This document shows positions 1-9,548 of a stretch of DNA of 64,000 nt, in pieces. Source of the stretch: a bacterium (GTDB taxonomy: Bacteria > Bacillota_I > Bacilli_A > RF39 > UBA660); assembly GCA_029099845.1 (NCBI GenBank), contig JAQXOT010000024.1, positions 5,729-69,728 of the forward strand, written 5' to 3'. Numbering within the stretch: the first letter of the stretch is position 1; every line of letters begins with the position of its first letter. The notes below the pieces were generated by a model. The model did no database searches. It had not been told where the DNA came from and worked only from the letters and a program-made list of their open reading frames with translations. The translations under genes and the position numbers were made by a program.

Positions 1-318
1 TTTAATGACTATTATAATGCATCAGATCGGACAATTTATTTAGTTGGTAATTTAGGAGAATTTTATATTAAAACAGAAGATAAAGATATTCCTTTAAAAA
101 CATATATATCAACTACATATCAAACATTAAACGACATAATAAAAAGTATTTCTAACAAACTAGAATCAAAAAGCACATATAAAGATGGAGGAACAAAAAT
201 ATATAAATCAAAAGATAAAGATATTACTATGATAGTTTGTAATACAATAGAAGGCAATAAAGATATACTTATTGGTGACTATTCGCTAGAATATACCAAA
301 GGAGATTGCAAAAACTAA
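1..318 (+). CDS. hypothetical protein, 3' fragment (start lies upstream of the window)
   Basis: Frame 1 is open from base 1 for 105 codons to TAA at 316-318, long for such AT-rich DNA; no motif recognised. Confidence 0.5.
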   Translation, partial: FNDYYNASDRTIYLVGNLGEFYIKTEDKDIPLKTYISTTYQTLNDIIKSISNKLESKSTYKDGGTKIYKSKDKDITMIVCNTIEGNKDILIGDYSLEYTKGDCKN

Positions 319-402
319 ATTTAAATTCATTAAACTCTCATATTCTGTCCTGTTCCTTTTAAAGCCAGTGATATAGAATTGTTATTGAAAAGAGGGATAA
401 TT

Positions 403-1272
403 ATGAATCAAGCAAAAATTGGAAAATTTATAGCAGAACTTCGCAAAGAAAAAGGGCTAACACAAGAACAACTTGCAGAAAAACTTGGAGTTACAAGTAA
501 ATCAATTAGCCGTTGGGAAAATGGCAAAACAATGCCAGATTTATCACTAATGAAGCCTTTATGTAATGAATTAGAAATAACAATTAATGATTTACTAAGT
601 GGAGAAAAAATAGAAAAACCAAATTATCAAGCTAAGTTTGAAGAAAATATTTTAAATACCATTAATTATACTGATAAGAAGATAAATAAAATTAAACTAA
701 TATTTAAAGTTGTAATTGTCTGTATATTATTGCTTGTTATTATAGTAGCAACCATGTTTGCACTTGACATGAACAGAATAAGAAATAATAAACAAGTTAT
801 ATTTAGTACATGGGGATATAGCTATGCACCAGTAATTGATTTGCACGAAGAAAAAATAGAAATTGCCATAAAAGAGTATTTAACTAATAAATCAGATAAT
901 GAACCTAAACATCATGAATCAGAAAAAGGCTTTATAAGTTTCAAAACATATTTATTAGAAGAAAAAGATAGAAATAAAAAATACAACATTTATGCTTGGG
1001 TAGTTGAACAAAAATATTATTTAGAAAATGATGAAATAAAGAAAGATAGTGGCTCTTCTATTCCATATAAGTTCATTGTAGAGTATGTTAATGATGAATA
1101 TGTTGTTACCGACTCAAGAACACCTAGAGATGGTAGTTTGTATGTCAAAGATATGAAAAATATATTTCCTAGAAGCGTTAGAAATGATATGAATAAAGTT
1201 CAAAATGATGGTACAATCAAACGACTAAATTTAGAAATTGAACAACAAGTAAATTTATATTTTCATAAATAA
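403..1272 (+). CDS. membrane-anchored XRE-family (Cro/C1 HTH) transcriptional regulator
   Basis: ATG 403 with AGAGGG RBS (TTG 379 of the ORF track less likely). N-terminus MNQAKIGKFIAELRKEKGLTQEQLAEKLGVTSKSISRWENG is a classic XRE helix-turn-helix; one hydrophobic span (IFKVVIVCILLLVIIVATMFAL) then a ~170-aa C-terminal domain of unknown function. Confidence 0.75.
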   Translation: MNQAKIGKFIAELRKEKGLTQEQLAEKLGVTSKSISRWENGKTMPDLSLMKPLCNELEITINDLLSGEKIEKPNYQAKFEENILNTINYTDKKINKIKLIFKVVIVCILLLVIIVATMFALDMNRIRNNKQVIFSTWGYSYAPVIDLHEEKIEIAIKEYLTNKSDNEPKHHESEKGFISFKTYLLEEKDRNKKYNIYAWVVEQKYYLENDEIKKDSGSSIPYKFIVEYVNDEYVVTDSRTPRDGSLYVKDMKNIFPRSVRNDMNKVQNDGTIKRLNLEIEQQVNLYFHK

Positions 1273-1387
1273 TAAATTATAATTTACTAAGAAAAAAGTT
1301 AAATAAAACTTTGTAAATTAAACATTATTTTACAGAAAGTCAGATAAAACTTATCTACTTATGTTATAATTATGATAGGAGGAGCAT

Positions 1388-2143
1388 ATGAAAAAGAAAA
1401 GAAAGATCATTTTAGTTGCTGTAGGCATACTATTATTAATTTGTTTATATCTAGGCTATAAAGCTTTTAACCTTTTTTATTACAATGTTGATAGAATAAC
1501 TACCCAAGATTATGATGCGTTCATGAGTCAATTTAATATTAAAGGTACAATCACTATTAAACATCAAAATATTGAATCAAATGATTATCTTGAATATCAA
1601 AATATTAAGATAAAAAATGATTTTAAAGATTTTGAAAAATTAGAGCAAACTACCGGTGAAACATCTTTAAAGCTGGTATTAAAAGACGAAAACCAAAAAA
1701 CTAAATCATCATTTTGGATGGGTGAGACTGATACTTATGTTGCCTTATTAAAGACCGATAAAACGTTATTTGGAACAGACAATAAGAAAGTTACAAATAC
1801 AGATATAACAAGTATTTTAGAAGAAAATAAAATAAATAATGATATTGAATTATTTAAGTATCTATCACATCAAAAAGAAGTTAAAAATAATATATTTACA
1901 AGTACCAAAAAAATGAAAGAGAACTATAACATTCAGTTTATAGTTTCCATCATAATGCCACAAATGGATAGTATTACTTTAATTAATGGTGATTATCAAG
2001 GCTATATATTTAATTTAAAAAACAATATGAAAGAAGCTAGTATTTTAAAAAATGGAAAACGGTATGTATTTATGTTTTTAGATACAACCTATTTTACAGA
2101 TGAAAAAATTAATGATCTTCTAAATACAGTCGTTATAGATTAA
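1388..2143 (+). CDS. hypothetical membrane-anchored/secreted protein
   Basis: AGGAGG RBS just upstream of ATG; N-terminal signal-anchor (KIILVAVGILLLICLYLGY); no recognisable domain. Confidence 0.6.
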   Translation: MKKKRKIILVAVGILLLICLYLGYKAFNLFYYNVDRITTQDYDAFMSQFNIKGTITIKHQNIESNDYLEYQNIKIKNDFKDFEKLEQTTGETSLKLVLKDENQKTKSSFWMGETDTYVALLKTDKTLFGTDNKKVTNTDITSILEENKINNDIELFKYLSHQKEVKNNIFTSTKKMKENYNIQFIVSIIMPQMDSITLINGDYQGYIFNLKNNMKEASILKNGKRYVFMFLDTTYFTDEKINDLLNTVVID

Positions 2144-2157
2144 TAAATTGAAGTTAT

Positions 2158-2187
2158 AAAGCAAATCAAAAATTGGTTTGCTTTTTC
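2158..2187 (+). terminator. rho-independent terminator candidate
   Basis: AAAGCAAA / TTTGCTTT 8-bp stem with 11-nt loop followed by T-run, 15 nt after the stop of 1388..2143. Confidence 0.5.
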
Positions 2188-2253
2188 TATTATAAAAATA
2201 AGATACAAAAAAAGCCTTCTATAAAAAAGACTTTTAAAACAAGCACGAGCTAT

Positions 2254-2550
2254 TTATTTCTTACTTAATACTTTAGACATATCATTTTTAGTTTTAACCC
2301 CATCAATATATGTTTTTCTTTCTAAATCTTTTTTCGAAAGATATTTTTTAATTTCTTCAACTTCTTCCTTAGACATCAACATATCAGGCGATATAGTTCC
2401 ATATAAATTAACAGATTTTTTATTTCTTTGATAATATTCATATCTTCTAAGTTTTAGCCATTTTTCTTTATGTTCTGGATCTGGTGCTTCTAAATTTCTA
2501 GTTGAAAATAAAAATGTTGGATCATATTCATTTCTAAATGCTTTTTCCAT
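2254..2550 (-). CDS. hypothetical protein, C-terminal portion of the same frameshifted gene
   Basis: This frame is already open upstream of its ATG (..RRIRKNADLWREEFMEKAF..) back to a TGA just 5' of the A6 run, and overlaps the end of ORF 2490..3338 by 61 nt; no independent RBS. Confidence 0.5.
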   Translation of the reverse strand: MEKAFRNEYDPTFLFSTRNLEAPDPEHKEKWLKLRRYEYYQRNKKSVNLYGTISPDMLMSKEEVEEIKKYLSKKDLERKTYIDGVKTKNDMSKVLSKK

Positions 2551-3338
2551 GAATTCTTCTCTCCATAAATCAGCATTTTTTCTAATCCTTCTTCAATTAC
2601 GTCTCTATTTATACCTATTTCAGATAAAGTATCAACGACACCTTTTCTAAAACCTAAATCACATACCGGAGTAAAAAAACAAAAGTCTCCACCATATTTA
2701 GTATCACTAATAAAGCCATCTCCACCATTTCTCATCCAGTTTATTTGAAATTTAACTATTTCCAATTCATAGTCATGTCTTTTTTTATTGAAAAAGGCTG
2801 ATGACTTGACAAATTTTAAAATCTTGCGATAACTAATATTAGATAGATTTTGATTTTTTTGTAGCATTTTGGCTAACCAATCACCGTCTCTTAAATGGCA
2901 AGGCAAATTAATCATATCTAAAGTATCAGGTTTTCTAAAACAACAACTATACCAAATTCCTTCTCCAGGGAAAAACTCTAAAGTAGCTTTTTCTAATATT
3001 TCATCGACAGTTAGTGGAACACTTGTTTCTTTTTTAAAATTTTGCTCTTCATCTTGTTGTATATGATTGCAACAATTTATATCAATATATTTTTTCAACA
3101 AATCTCTTTTATTTACTAGCAGTGGTTTTCTTGAAACATAATCCCACTTTTCAACAAGTGAATAGTAATAACTGGAAAGAGGAACTATCGAAGTTCTATC
3201 ACTTATTTTAATTTTTTCATTTGTAAAAATTTCTACATAAGTATCAGTAAATTCATCATAGTTACAAATTAAATTATAAATATTATCACCACTACCAATT
3301 TTTATTACCTTTAAATCATACACATTATATTTTTTCAT
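2490..3338 (-). CDS. hypothetical protein, N-terminal portion of a gene apparently split by a frameshift
   Basis: AAGGAGAA RBS upstream of ATG 3338; 282-aa ORF; reading continues in another frame into ORF 2254..2550 after a T6/A6 run at 2576-2581. No family recognised. Confidence 0.55.
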   Translation of the reverse strand: MKKYNVYDLKVIKIGSGDNIYNLICNYDEFTDTYVEIFTNEKIKISDRTSIVPLSSYYYSLVEKWDYVSRKPLLVNKRDLLKKYIDINCCNHIQQDEEQNFKKETSVPLTVDEILEKATLEFFPGEGIWYSCCFRKPDTLDMINLPCHLRDGDWLAKMLQKNQNLSNISYRKILKFVKSSAFFNKKRHDYELEIVKFQINWMRNGGDGFISDTKYGGDFCFFTPVCDLGFRKGVVDTLSEIGINRDVIEEGLEKMLIYGEKNSWKKHLEMNMIQHFYFQLEI

Positions 3339-3455
3339 AGTTTCTCCTTTTTTTGAAAGTATTATAGCATATATTTTATCTTTTTCATAAAATTATTATT
3401 AACGATAAGTATTTAAAATAAGTAAATATAAGTTTAAAATAACAAATTAGTATAA

Positions 3456-3481
3456 TTGACCTTATTTTTTTATGATATAAT
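3456..3481 (+). promoter_or_regulatory. sigma-A-like promoter candidate with extended -10
   Basis: TTGACC (3456-3461), 14-nt spacer, TGATATAAT (TATAAT 3476-3481). The spacer is short, so this rests on the extended -10; about 160 nt upstream of ATG 3642. Confidence 0.35.
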
Positions 3482-3641
3482 GTAAAAAAATAGATATCAT
3501 TTTTAAAATAACAGGAACAAATTTTAAAGATATAAAAAATTATCAGAAATTAGTAATACCTGTTTTCCGTAATATATATTAAAAAATCTAGCCATAGGAT
3601 AAAAATTACTTAGTTTAAATTAGAAAAATAGAGGTGATAAT

Positions 3642-4073
3642 ATGACAACTAAAAGAAAGAAAGCATCAAATGGTAAAGGGGATTCTAAATTAACTAATTT
3701 AGATAACGCAAAATATTCCAAAGTCTTTAGTATTATAGGAAAATGTATCTCTTTATTTTTCTTAATTATTTATATTTTCATACTTATTTTCATATTATAT
3801 AATATTATTTTCACAATATATTCTACTATAACCGAAAGTAAAATAAAGAAGACATATGATGCAGTAGAAGGTGTGTTAGTAAGGTACAAAGATTGTAAAA
3901 ATGATGAAGAAAGCAGCATTTGTAATGCTTTATATGAATATCAAGTTAATGGTGATATCTATACGGTATCATTAGATTTAGAAAAAGAAACAGATTCTTA
4001 CCCTAAAAAAGAAACAGTTTACTACAATCCTAATAATCCCAATATATCTATAATATGTAGATACCGCAACTAG
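3642..4073 (+). CDS. hypothetical membrane protein (possibly 3'-truncated; topology reminiscent of DUF3592)
   Basis: AGAGGTGA RBS; basic N-terminus, one TM (FSIIGKCISLFFLIIYIFILIFILYNIIF), then a ~80-aa soluble part ending VYYNPNNPNISII; a TM-encoding ORF follows in another frame (4078-4203). Confidence 0.5.
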   Translation: MTTKRKKASNGKGDSKLTNLDNAKYSKVFSIIGKCISLFFLIIYIFILIFILYNIIFTIYSTITESKIKKTYDAVEGVLVRYKDCKNDEESSICNALYEYQVNGDIYTVSLDLEKETDSYPKKETVYYNPNNPNISIICRYRN

Positions 4074-4288
4074 CATAATGCTTATAATTGCTCTTTTATA
4101 CATCGCTTTAGTAATGACTATTTTCTTACCAGTATTTTTTTACTGTGTTTTTCCAAGTAAAATAAATAAAGTCGTCTCCTCAAAAAAAATAAGCAATAAA
4201 TAAACAATATATATAAAAAATAGTTAGTAAATTATTTACTAGCTATTTTTAAATTAATTAATAAAATGCCAATAATATAAGTAAAAAC

Positions 4289-4879
4289 TTATATACCACT
4301 TTTTTCCTCACTTAATTTTTTCTTTACAATTAGGGGAACAATTGAATGTAGTGTCAACAAGTACTTGATAATTTCCTCCTTATTAGCTATTTTATTTTCT
4401 CTAAAATAGTTAATAATAGAACTAGCAACACCCTCACTGTAAAAATCAATCACAAAATCCTTAAATCCCGAACAAGCATCTATATTTAAATCCTGCATAT
4501 CATTAGTAATTAATGTATTAAGTGTTTTATAAAAATAAGGATAAACTACTTTTTTTAATTGATCTCTTCCAAATGTATTATAAACAGAACTTATCAGATG
4601 CTTATTTTTTTCAACATAAAGAAAAATATCATTTAAAAATTCTTCTAAACTATTAGTACTAAAACTATCCATAATTTTAGCAACTTCATCATTAAATATA
4701 AAACTAATTAGTGCATATATATCTTCAAAATGATAATAAAAGGTATTTCTATTTACATGGCAATAAGTAACTAAATCATTAACTGTTATTTTATTTATAG
4801 GCTTTTCTTTAGCCAGTTTTTTAAAGGCATTGGCTAATTTTAATTTTGTATTTTTATTTCTTTTATCTTCTTTTCTCAT
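4289..4879 (-). CDS. TetR/AcrR-family transcriptional regulator
   Basis: N-terminal HTH KLANAFKKLAKEKPINKITVNDLVTYCHVNRNTFYYHFEDIYALI typical of TetR family; GGAGGAAAAG RBS; divergent from an MMPL transporter gene. Confidence 0.85.
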   Translation of the reverse strand: MRKEDKRNKNTKLKLANAFKKLAKEKPINKITVNDLVTYCHVNRNTFYYHFEDIYALISFIFNDEVAKIMDSFSTNSLEEFLNDIFLYVEKNKHLISSVYNTFGRDQLKKVVYPYFYKTLNTLITNDMQDLNIDACSGFKDFVIDFYSEGVASSIINYFRENKIANKEEIIKYLLTLHSIVPLIVKKKLSEEKSGI

Positions 4880-4907
4880 TTCTTTTCCTCCAAAAGCATC
4901 TACATAT

Positions 4908-4946
4908 ATTATACCTCATCAAAAAGTTTTAGACAAATATCTAAAA
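4908..4946 (-). promoter_or_regulatory. tetR-family gene promoter with overlapping palindromic operator candidate
   Basis: Minus strand reads TTGTCT (4936-4931), 17 nt, TATAAT (4913-4908). The inverted repeat TTTTAGA-N6-TCTAAAA (4927-4946) covers the -35. Confidence 0.45.
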
Positions 4947-4986
4947 TTGACTATTGTTAAAAAAAGAGGTGAGTCATATAATCATA

Positions 4987-7248
4987 ATGAAGGAGGAATA
5001 TAATGAAAACAGAAAAAAGCCATTTTTAGTAAAAATAGGTGATTTCATTGTTAATTTTCGTAATCTATTTTTAATTATTTTTATTGGCTTAACCATATTT
5101 TGTGCATTCAATATCAAAAACGTAGATATTAATGATAGCATTGTTAGTTATTTACCATCTGATACAGAAACTAAACAAGGCCTTGATATTATGGAAAGTG
5201 TTTTTGGCAAACAGTCCACAATAAAACTTATGGTCTCTGATATTACTCTTGAAAATGCTAAAGAATTAGTGGGAGAACTCTCAAAATTATCTTCAGTCCA
5301 AGCTGTATTATTTGATGAAAAAAGTTCATACAAAGATAATAGTGCCTTATACACTATCCAAGCAAACGATCTATCTGAAGAACAAGTATCAAAGTTAAAA
5401 GAGGATATTGAAAGTACAGTAAAAAGTCAAGAATACTACTTAACATCTGAAGAATTCGAAAGCCCAACGGATGGGATTAATAAAGTCTTAATTATTGCCT
5501 GCCTTGTCATTATAATAATATTACTAATTACTTCAAAAACTTATTTTGAACCAATTATTGCCTTTATTATTTTTGGTATCTCCATTATTTTAAATATGGG
5601 TAGTAATTTCTTATTAGGAGAAATTTCCTACATCACGCAATCTATTGCTGTCATCTTGCAACTTGCCTTATCAATAGATTATGTTATCATATTCATGAAT
5701 CAGTTCATGAAAGAAATAAATGATACTAGTGACAAAACTTTAGCCATCAAGAAAACAGTTTCTAAATCTATTCCAGAAATATTTGCTAGTAGTCTTACTA
5801 CCATATCAGGCTTACTTGCTTTATGCTTTATGCAACTTAAAATAGGTGGCGATATTGGCATCATATTATCAAAAGGAATTCTTTGCAGTTTATTAACAGT
5901 AATTCTAGTAATGCCTAGTTTATTATATTTATTTTCAAATATTATTTTAAAATGGCAAAAAAAAGCTATCAATAAAAATAAAGCAAACAAATTAAGTGAA
6001 TTTATCTTTAAAGGAAGAAAAGTTCTATTACCTATATTTTTAATTTGTATTATAGTCTCTTTATTTTTAATACCAAAATATCACTATGTATATAATACTA
6101 ATAGTGCTAATGCTATTAAAAAGAGTGAAAATACTATTTCCAATGAACAAATAGAGAAAAAATTCGGTAAAAATAATACTTTAGTAATTCTCTTTAAAAA
6201 TAGTGAGAAAGACTATTCCAAAGAATTAGAATTAGCAAAAGAATTAGATCAAGTTGAAAAAATAAATAGCATAACAAGTATAGGTGGCTATAGCATTAGT
6301 GATAATATTTATTTAGGAACAAAAGTTAACTACTTAGAAATATCCAAAATATTTAATATAAGCCCAGACATTACATTAAAATTATATCAATTCTATGCTA
6401 ATGCCAACAATGAATTAGAAAAATTAGAAAACCTAGTAGACTATCGTATTACTATTATAGACTTAATTAATTTTTTAAATGAATATCAAAATAGCTTGCC
6501 AATTCCTGAAAATTTAAAAAATCAAATTACTTCCTATTATCAGTTAATAGAAGCTAAACTACCTCTTCTAGAAAGTAGTGAATATACAAGATTTATTCTT
6601 AATTTAGATGCTCCGGTAGAAAGTAGCGAAACATATAATCTTGTGAATGATATTAGAAAAATTGCAGAAGCTAAATATGATGATGTTGTTTTAGTAGGAA
6701 ATACTATCAACGCTATAGATTTAGAAAAATCTTTTACAGCTGACAACCTCATAATTACAGCTATTACAGTACTATTTATTGCTCTTATACTAATCTTTAC
6801 TTTTAAGTCTTTTGGAGCAACATTACTACTTATATTAACCATTGAAGGAAGTATCTTAATCAACTTTGGTATAACTGTTCTAACTAACAAAGAAATATTC
6901 TTTATGGGCTATGTCGTAGTGTCTGCCATTCAAATGGGAGCAACTATAGATTACGCCATAGTTATTACCACCCGCTACCTTGGTTTAAGAAAAAAAATGG
7001 ATAAAAAAGAAGCCATTATCAATACTCTAAATGATTGCTTACCAGCCGTAATAACTAGTGGTTCAATTCTAACAATTGCTGGATTCCTAATTGGATTTAT
7101 CAGTACATCAAGTGTCATTTCCCAAATTGGTCTATTCTTAGGTGTAGGTACACTAATATCATTAATTGCAACAATTTTTGTTTTACCAGCAATACTATAT
7201 GTCTATGATAGTTTTATTAAAAAAACAACTATAAAAAAGGAGAAATAA
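4987..7248 (+). CDS. MMPL/RND-superfamily membrane transporter
   Basis: ATG 4987 after AGAGGTGAG; ~750 aa with two blocks of ~6 TM helices each preceded by a large extracytoplasmic loop, the MMPL architecture; adjacent divergent TetR regulator. Confidence 0.75.
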   Translation: MKEEYNENRKKPFLVKIGDFIVNFRNLFLIIFIGLTIFCAFNIKNVDINDSIVSYLPSDTETKQGLDIMESVFGKQSTIKLMVSDITLENAKELVGELSKLSSVQAVLFDEKSSYKDNSALYTIQANDLSEEQVSKLKEDIESTVKSQEYYLTSEEFESPTDGINKVLIIACLVIIIILLITSKTYFEPIIAFIIFGISIILNMGSNFLLGEISYITQSIAVILQLALSIDYVIIFMNQFMKEINDTSDKTLAIKKTVSKSIPEIFASSLTTISGLLALCFMQLKIGGDIGIILSKGILCSLLTVILVMPSLLYLFSNIILKWQKKAINKNKANKLSEFIFKGRKVLLPIFLICIIVSLFLIPKYHYVYNTNSANAIKKSENTISNEQIEKKFGKNNTLVILFKNSEKDYSKELELAKELDQVEKINSITSIGGYSISDNIYLGTKVNYLEISKIFNISPDITLKLYQFYANANNELEKLENLVDYRITIIDLINFLNEYQNSLPIPENLKNQITSYYQLIEAKLPLLESSEYTRFILNLDAPVESSETYNLVNDIRKIAEAKYDDVVLVGNTINAIDLEKSFTADNLIITAITVLFIALILIFTFKSFGATLLLILTIEGSILINFGITVLTNKEIFFMGYVVVSAIQMGATIDYAIVITTRYLGLRKKMDKKEAIINTLNDCLPAVITSGSILTIAGFLIGFISTSSVISQIGLFLGVGTLISLIATIFVLPAILYVYDSFIKKTTIKKEK

Positions 7249-7249
7249 A

Positions 7250-7801
7250 ATGTTAAAAAATTATATTAAAAAATGTGAAAAATATTCCATTTTAATTTCT
7301 ATATTAATGATTACTCTTTCAATATTTTTAATTGTCAATCCATTAAAATCTATTGAAACCTTTGTTATTTGCTTTAGTATTATTTTATTAATCAATGGAG
7401 TAGGTAATCTAATTTCATACTTTAGTATAGATAGTACTGAAAGATTATATAGTTTTGACTTGATTATGGGTCTTATGACTATTATATCTGGAACGCTTAT
7501 TCTAATCTATCGTACTGCATTAATAGAATTTTTCCCTATAGTTCTTGGAATATGGATAATTGCTAATAATTTATTTAAAATTCAAATAGCTATTAATTTA
7601 AGTTCTATTAAAGGAAGTAATTGGCTTTGGTTATTACTTATGTCAATTATAATGATAGGATTAGGAATATTACTAATTGTTAAACCATTTAGTTCTACTA
7701 TAGCTATAACTTCAGTTGCTGGAATATTTTTACTAATAACAGAAATAATAAATTTAATTGATAGCATTATTGTCCTAACAAAAATGAAAAAATTTGATTA
7801 A
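7250..7801 (+). CDS. HdeD/DUF308-like multi-pass membrane protein
   Basis: GGAGAA RBS inside the end of the MMPL gene, 1-nt gap; six hydrophobic spans in repeated pairs as in DUF308 proteins. Confidence 0.6.
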   Translation: MLKNYIKKCEKYSILISILMITLSIFLIVNPLKSIETFVICFSIILLINGVGNLISYFSIDSTERLYSFDLIMGLMTIISGTLILIYRTALIEFFPIVLGIWIIANNLFKIQIAINLSSIKGSNWLWLLLMSIIMIGLGILLIVKPFSSTIAITSVAGIFLLITEIINLIDSIIVLTKMKKFD

Positions 7802-7841
7802 TAATAAGTACTAGTAGATAACAATTTAATATAACTATTAA

Positions 7842-7876
7842 AAACGTAAATCTTAATATCGATTTACGTTTTTTAA
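7842..7876 (+). terminator. rho-independent terminator
   Basis: AAACGTAAATC / GATTTACGTTT stem followed by TTTTT. Confidence 0.65.
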
Positions 7877-7985
7877 TAACATAAAGTAATACTTAATAAA
7901 TATATATTTTTTAAATTTAGTATGATATAATATAAATCGAAATAAATAATAAAAACTAATTATAAAGTGTAGGGGAGAAAAACAA

Positions 7986-8459
7986 ATGGATGAAGTAAAA
8001 ATAATGGAAATGGCTGTTAGAGAGTCAAAAGAAAATATAGCGAACAATTATCAAAAGGGTGGACCATTTGGAGCTGTTATCGTAAAAGATGGTAAAATAA
8101 TTGCTAAAGCTCACAATACGGTTGTAGAAAGTAAAGATCCAACCGCTCATGCCGAAGTTAATGCCATTAGACAAGCTGCCAAAATATTAAATACTCATGA
8201 TTTGTCTGACTGTATTTTATTTACCAGTGCTGAACCTTGTCCAATGTGTTTATCCGCAATTATATGGGCCAATATTACCAAAGTATATTATGCTAATACG
8301 AAAGAGCAAACTGCAGAAATTGGTTTTAGAGATGATATGATCTATGAATACTTAAAAGGTTCTGCTAAAAATCTTATCCAAATGCAACATATTGATAGTA
8401 AAGAAGCAACCGAAGTTTTTACAAAATTTCAAGAAATGCAAGATAAAATTATCTATTAA
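7986..8459 (+). CDS. guaD: guanine deaminase (CDA-fold nucleoside/nucleotide deaminase)
   Basis: GGPFGAVIVKDGKIIAKAHN..DPTAHAEVNAIRQA..CILFTSAEPCPMCLSAI: HAE and PCxxC zinc motifs, and close resemblance (from memory) to B. subtilis GuaD over the full 157 aa. Confidence 0.8.
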   Translation: MDEVKIMEMAVRESKENIANNYQKGGPFGAVIVKDGKIIAKAHNTVVESKDPTAHAEVNAIRQAAKILNTHDLSDCILFTSAEPCPMCLSAIIWANITKVYYANTKEQTAEIGFRDDMIYEYLKGSAKNLIQMQHIDSKEATEVFTKFQEMQDKIIY

Positions 8460-8570
8460 AAGGACTTAAAATAAAATTAATATATAAAATATATAATAAA
8501 CTTAAAACATATATTTATCTAGCAAATATAACAGCTGTTAAAATAAAATAAATATATGAGGAGAAGATCT

Positions 8571-8942
8571 ATGAAAAACAAAAGTAAAAAATTAATTAAT
8601 AGCTTTAAATATGCCATTAATGGAGTATTTAGTGCTTTTTTCACTGAAAGAAATATGAAAATTCACGTTAGTATGATGCTCCTTGTTATCTTTTGTGGCA
8701 TTCTTTTAAAAATTGAACCTTATGAATGGTTAATCTGTATTTTATGCTTCGGACTCGTAATAGGCGGTGAGTTAGTAAATACTGCCATTGAAACAGTCGT
8801 TGATTTAGTTATGCCAGATATTAATGAACAAGCAAAAAAAGCCAAGGACATTGCTGCTGGCAGTGTCTTAGTTGTAGCAATCGCCTCAGCCATTATTGGT
8901 CTTCTAATATTTATCCCCAAAATTTTAGCTGTCTTATTCTAA
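8571..8942 (+). CDS. dgkA: diacylglycerol kinase family protein (DgkA / undecaprenol kinase type)
   Basis: ATG 8571 after GAGGAG; SFKYAINGVFSAFFTERNMKIH, NTAIETVVDLV and AKDIAAGSVL motifs; three TM helices. Confidence 0.8.
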   Translation: MKNKSKKLINSFKYAINGVFSAFFTERNMKIHVSMMLLVIFCGILLKIEPYEWLICILCFGLVIGGELVNTAIETVVDLVMPDINEQAKKAKDIAAGSVLVVAIASAIIGLLIFIPKILAVLF

Positions 8943-8984
8943 TTACTAAAAAAATTTTAACTCAATTTATTTATAACCCATAAT

Positions 8985-9025
8985 AAAACCTCGTCCTTTA
9001 TTTTTAAAACGAGGTTTTATTTTTA
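8985..9025. terminator. bidirectional rho-independent terminator
   Basis: AAAACCTCGT / ACGAGGTTTT stem flanked by A-run and T-run, between convergent dgkA and flavodoxin genes. Confidence 0.65.
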
Positions 9026-9050
9026 TTATATATTATGTTTATGAACTAAT

Positions 9051-9536
9051 CTATTTATTTAAAAAAGATCCAATCCATTCATTAGTTTTTTTCTTAGCAT
9101 CTTCTATACCATTTTTTATAGGATAAACTAAATCTAATTTAGAAATTATTTTATTACCTTTTAAAATTTCTTCATAGTCTTTCCAAATCCCCCTTAAATT
9201 ACCACCATTACAAACCAAAAGGTAAATATTCTTATTTTCTAATTTATTATCTGTTAAAAATGTCTTTATTGGTGGCGCAAATGTTCCAAACCAACAAGGA
9301 GAGGCAATAATAATGTTATCATATTTATCTAAATCAACATTATATTCTTCCAGTTTTGGCTTTTTCGTCATATAAACTTGTATACCACCCCAAACAAATC
9401 TAAATAAACTATTAGTTTTCTTTTCTTTTTTGGGTACTAATTTTAATACATCTGCTGTTATTGCACTTTTCATACCATCAACTAAAGCTTCTGTATTCCC
9501 CTCATAAGAATAATAAACAATTAAATTTTTCGTCAT
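9051..9536 (-). CDS. flavodoxin-family protein
   Basis: MTKNLIVYYSYEGNTE N-terminal FMN-phosphate loop and ~160-aa size. Confidence 0.75.
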   Translation of the reverse strand: MTKNLIVYYSYEGNTEALVDGMKSAITADVLKLVPKKEKKTNSLFRFVWGGIQVYMTKKPKLEEYNVDLDKYDNIIIASPCWFGTFAPPIKTFLTDNKLENKNIYLLVCNGGNLRGIWKDYEEILKGNKIISKLDLVYPIKNGIEDAKKKTNEWIGSFLNK

Positions 9537-9548
9537 ATAACAAACACC

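Noticed and set aside
3482-3641. About 160-nt leader upstream of ORF 3642 with an AACAGG...CCTGTT pairing, considered as a possible riboswitch or attenuator.
   Set aside because: It has only a 6-bp stem with a 46-nt loop and no conserved riboswitch motif I can recognise. The promoter call itself is weak.
5148-6890. Three minus-strand ORFs (5148..5354, 5700..5990, 6540..6890) inside the MMPL transporter gene.
   Set aside because: These are shadow ORFs antisense to a gene with a clear membrane-transporter architecture. They have no start signals.
7877-7985. Looked for a purine riboswitch upstream of the guanine deaminase gene.
   Set aside because: The region has only a TGATATAAT promoter-like element (TATAAT 7926-7931) and AT-rich leader. 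The conserved purine-riboswitch junction and loop sequences are not present.
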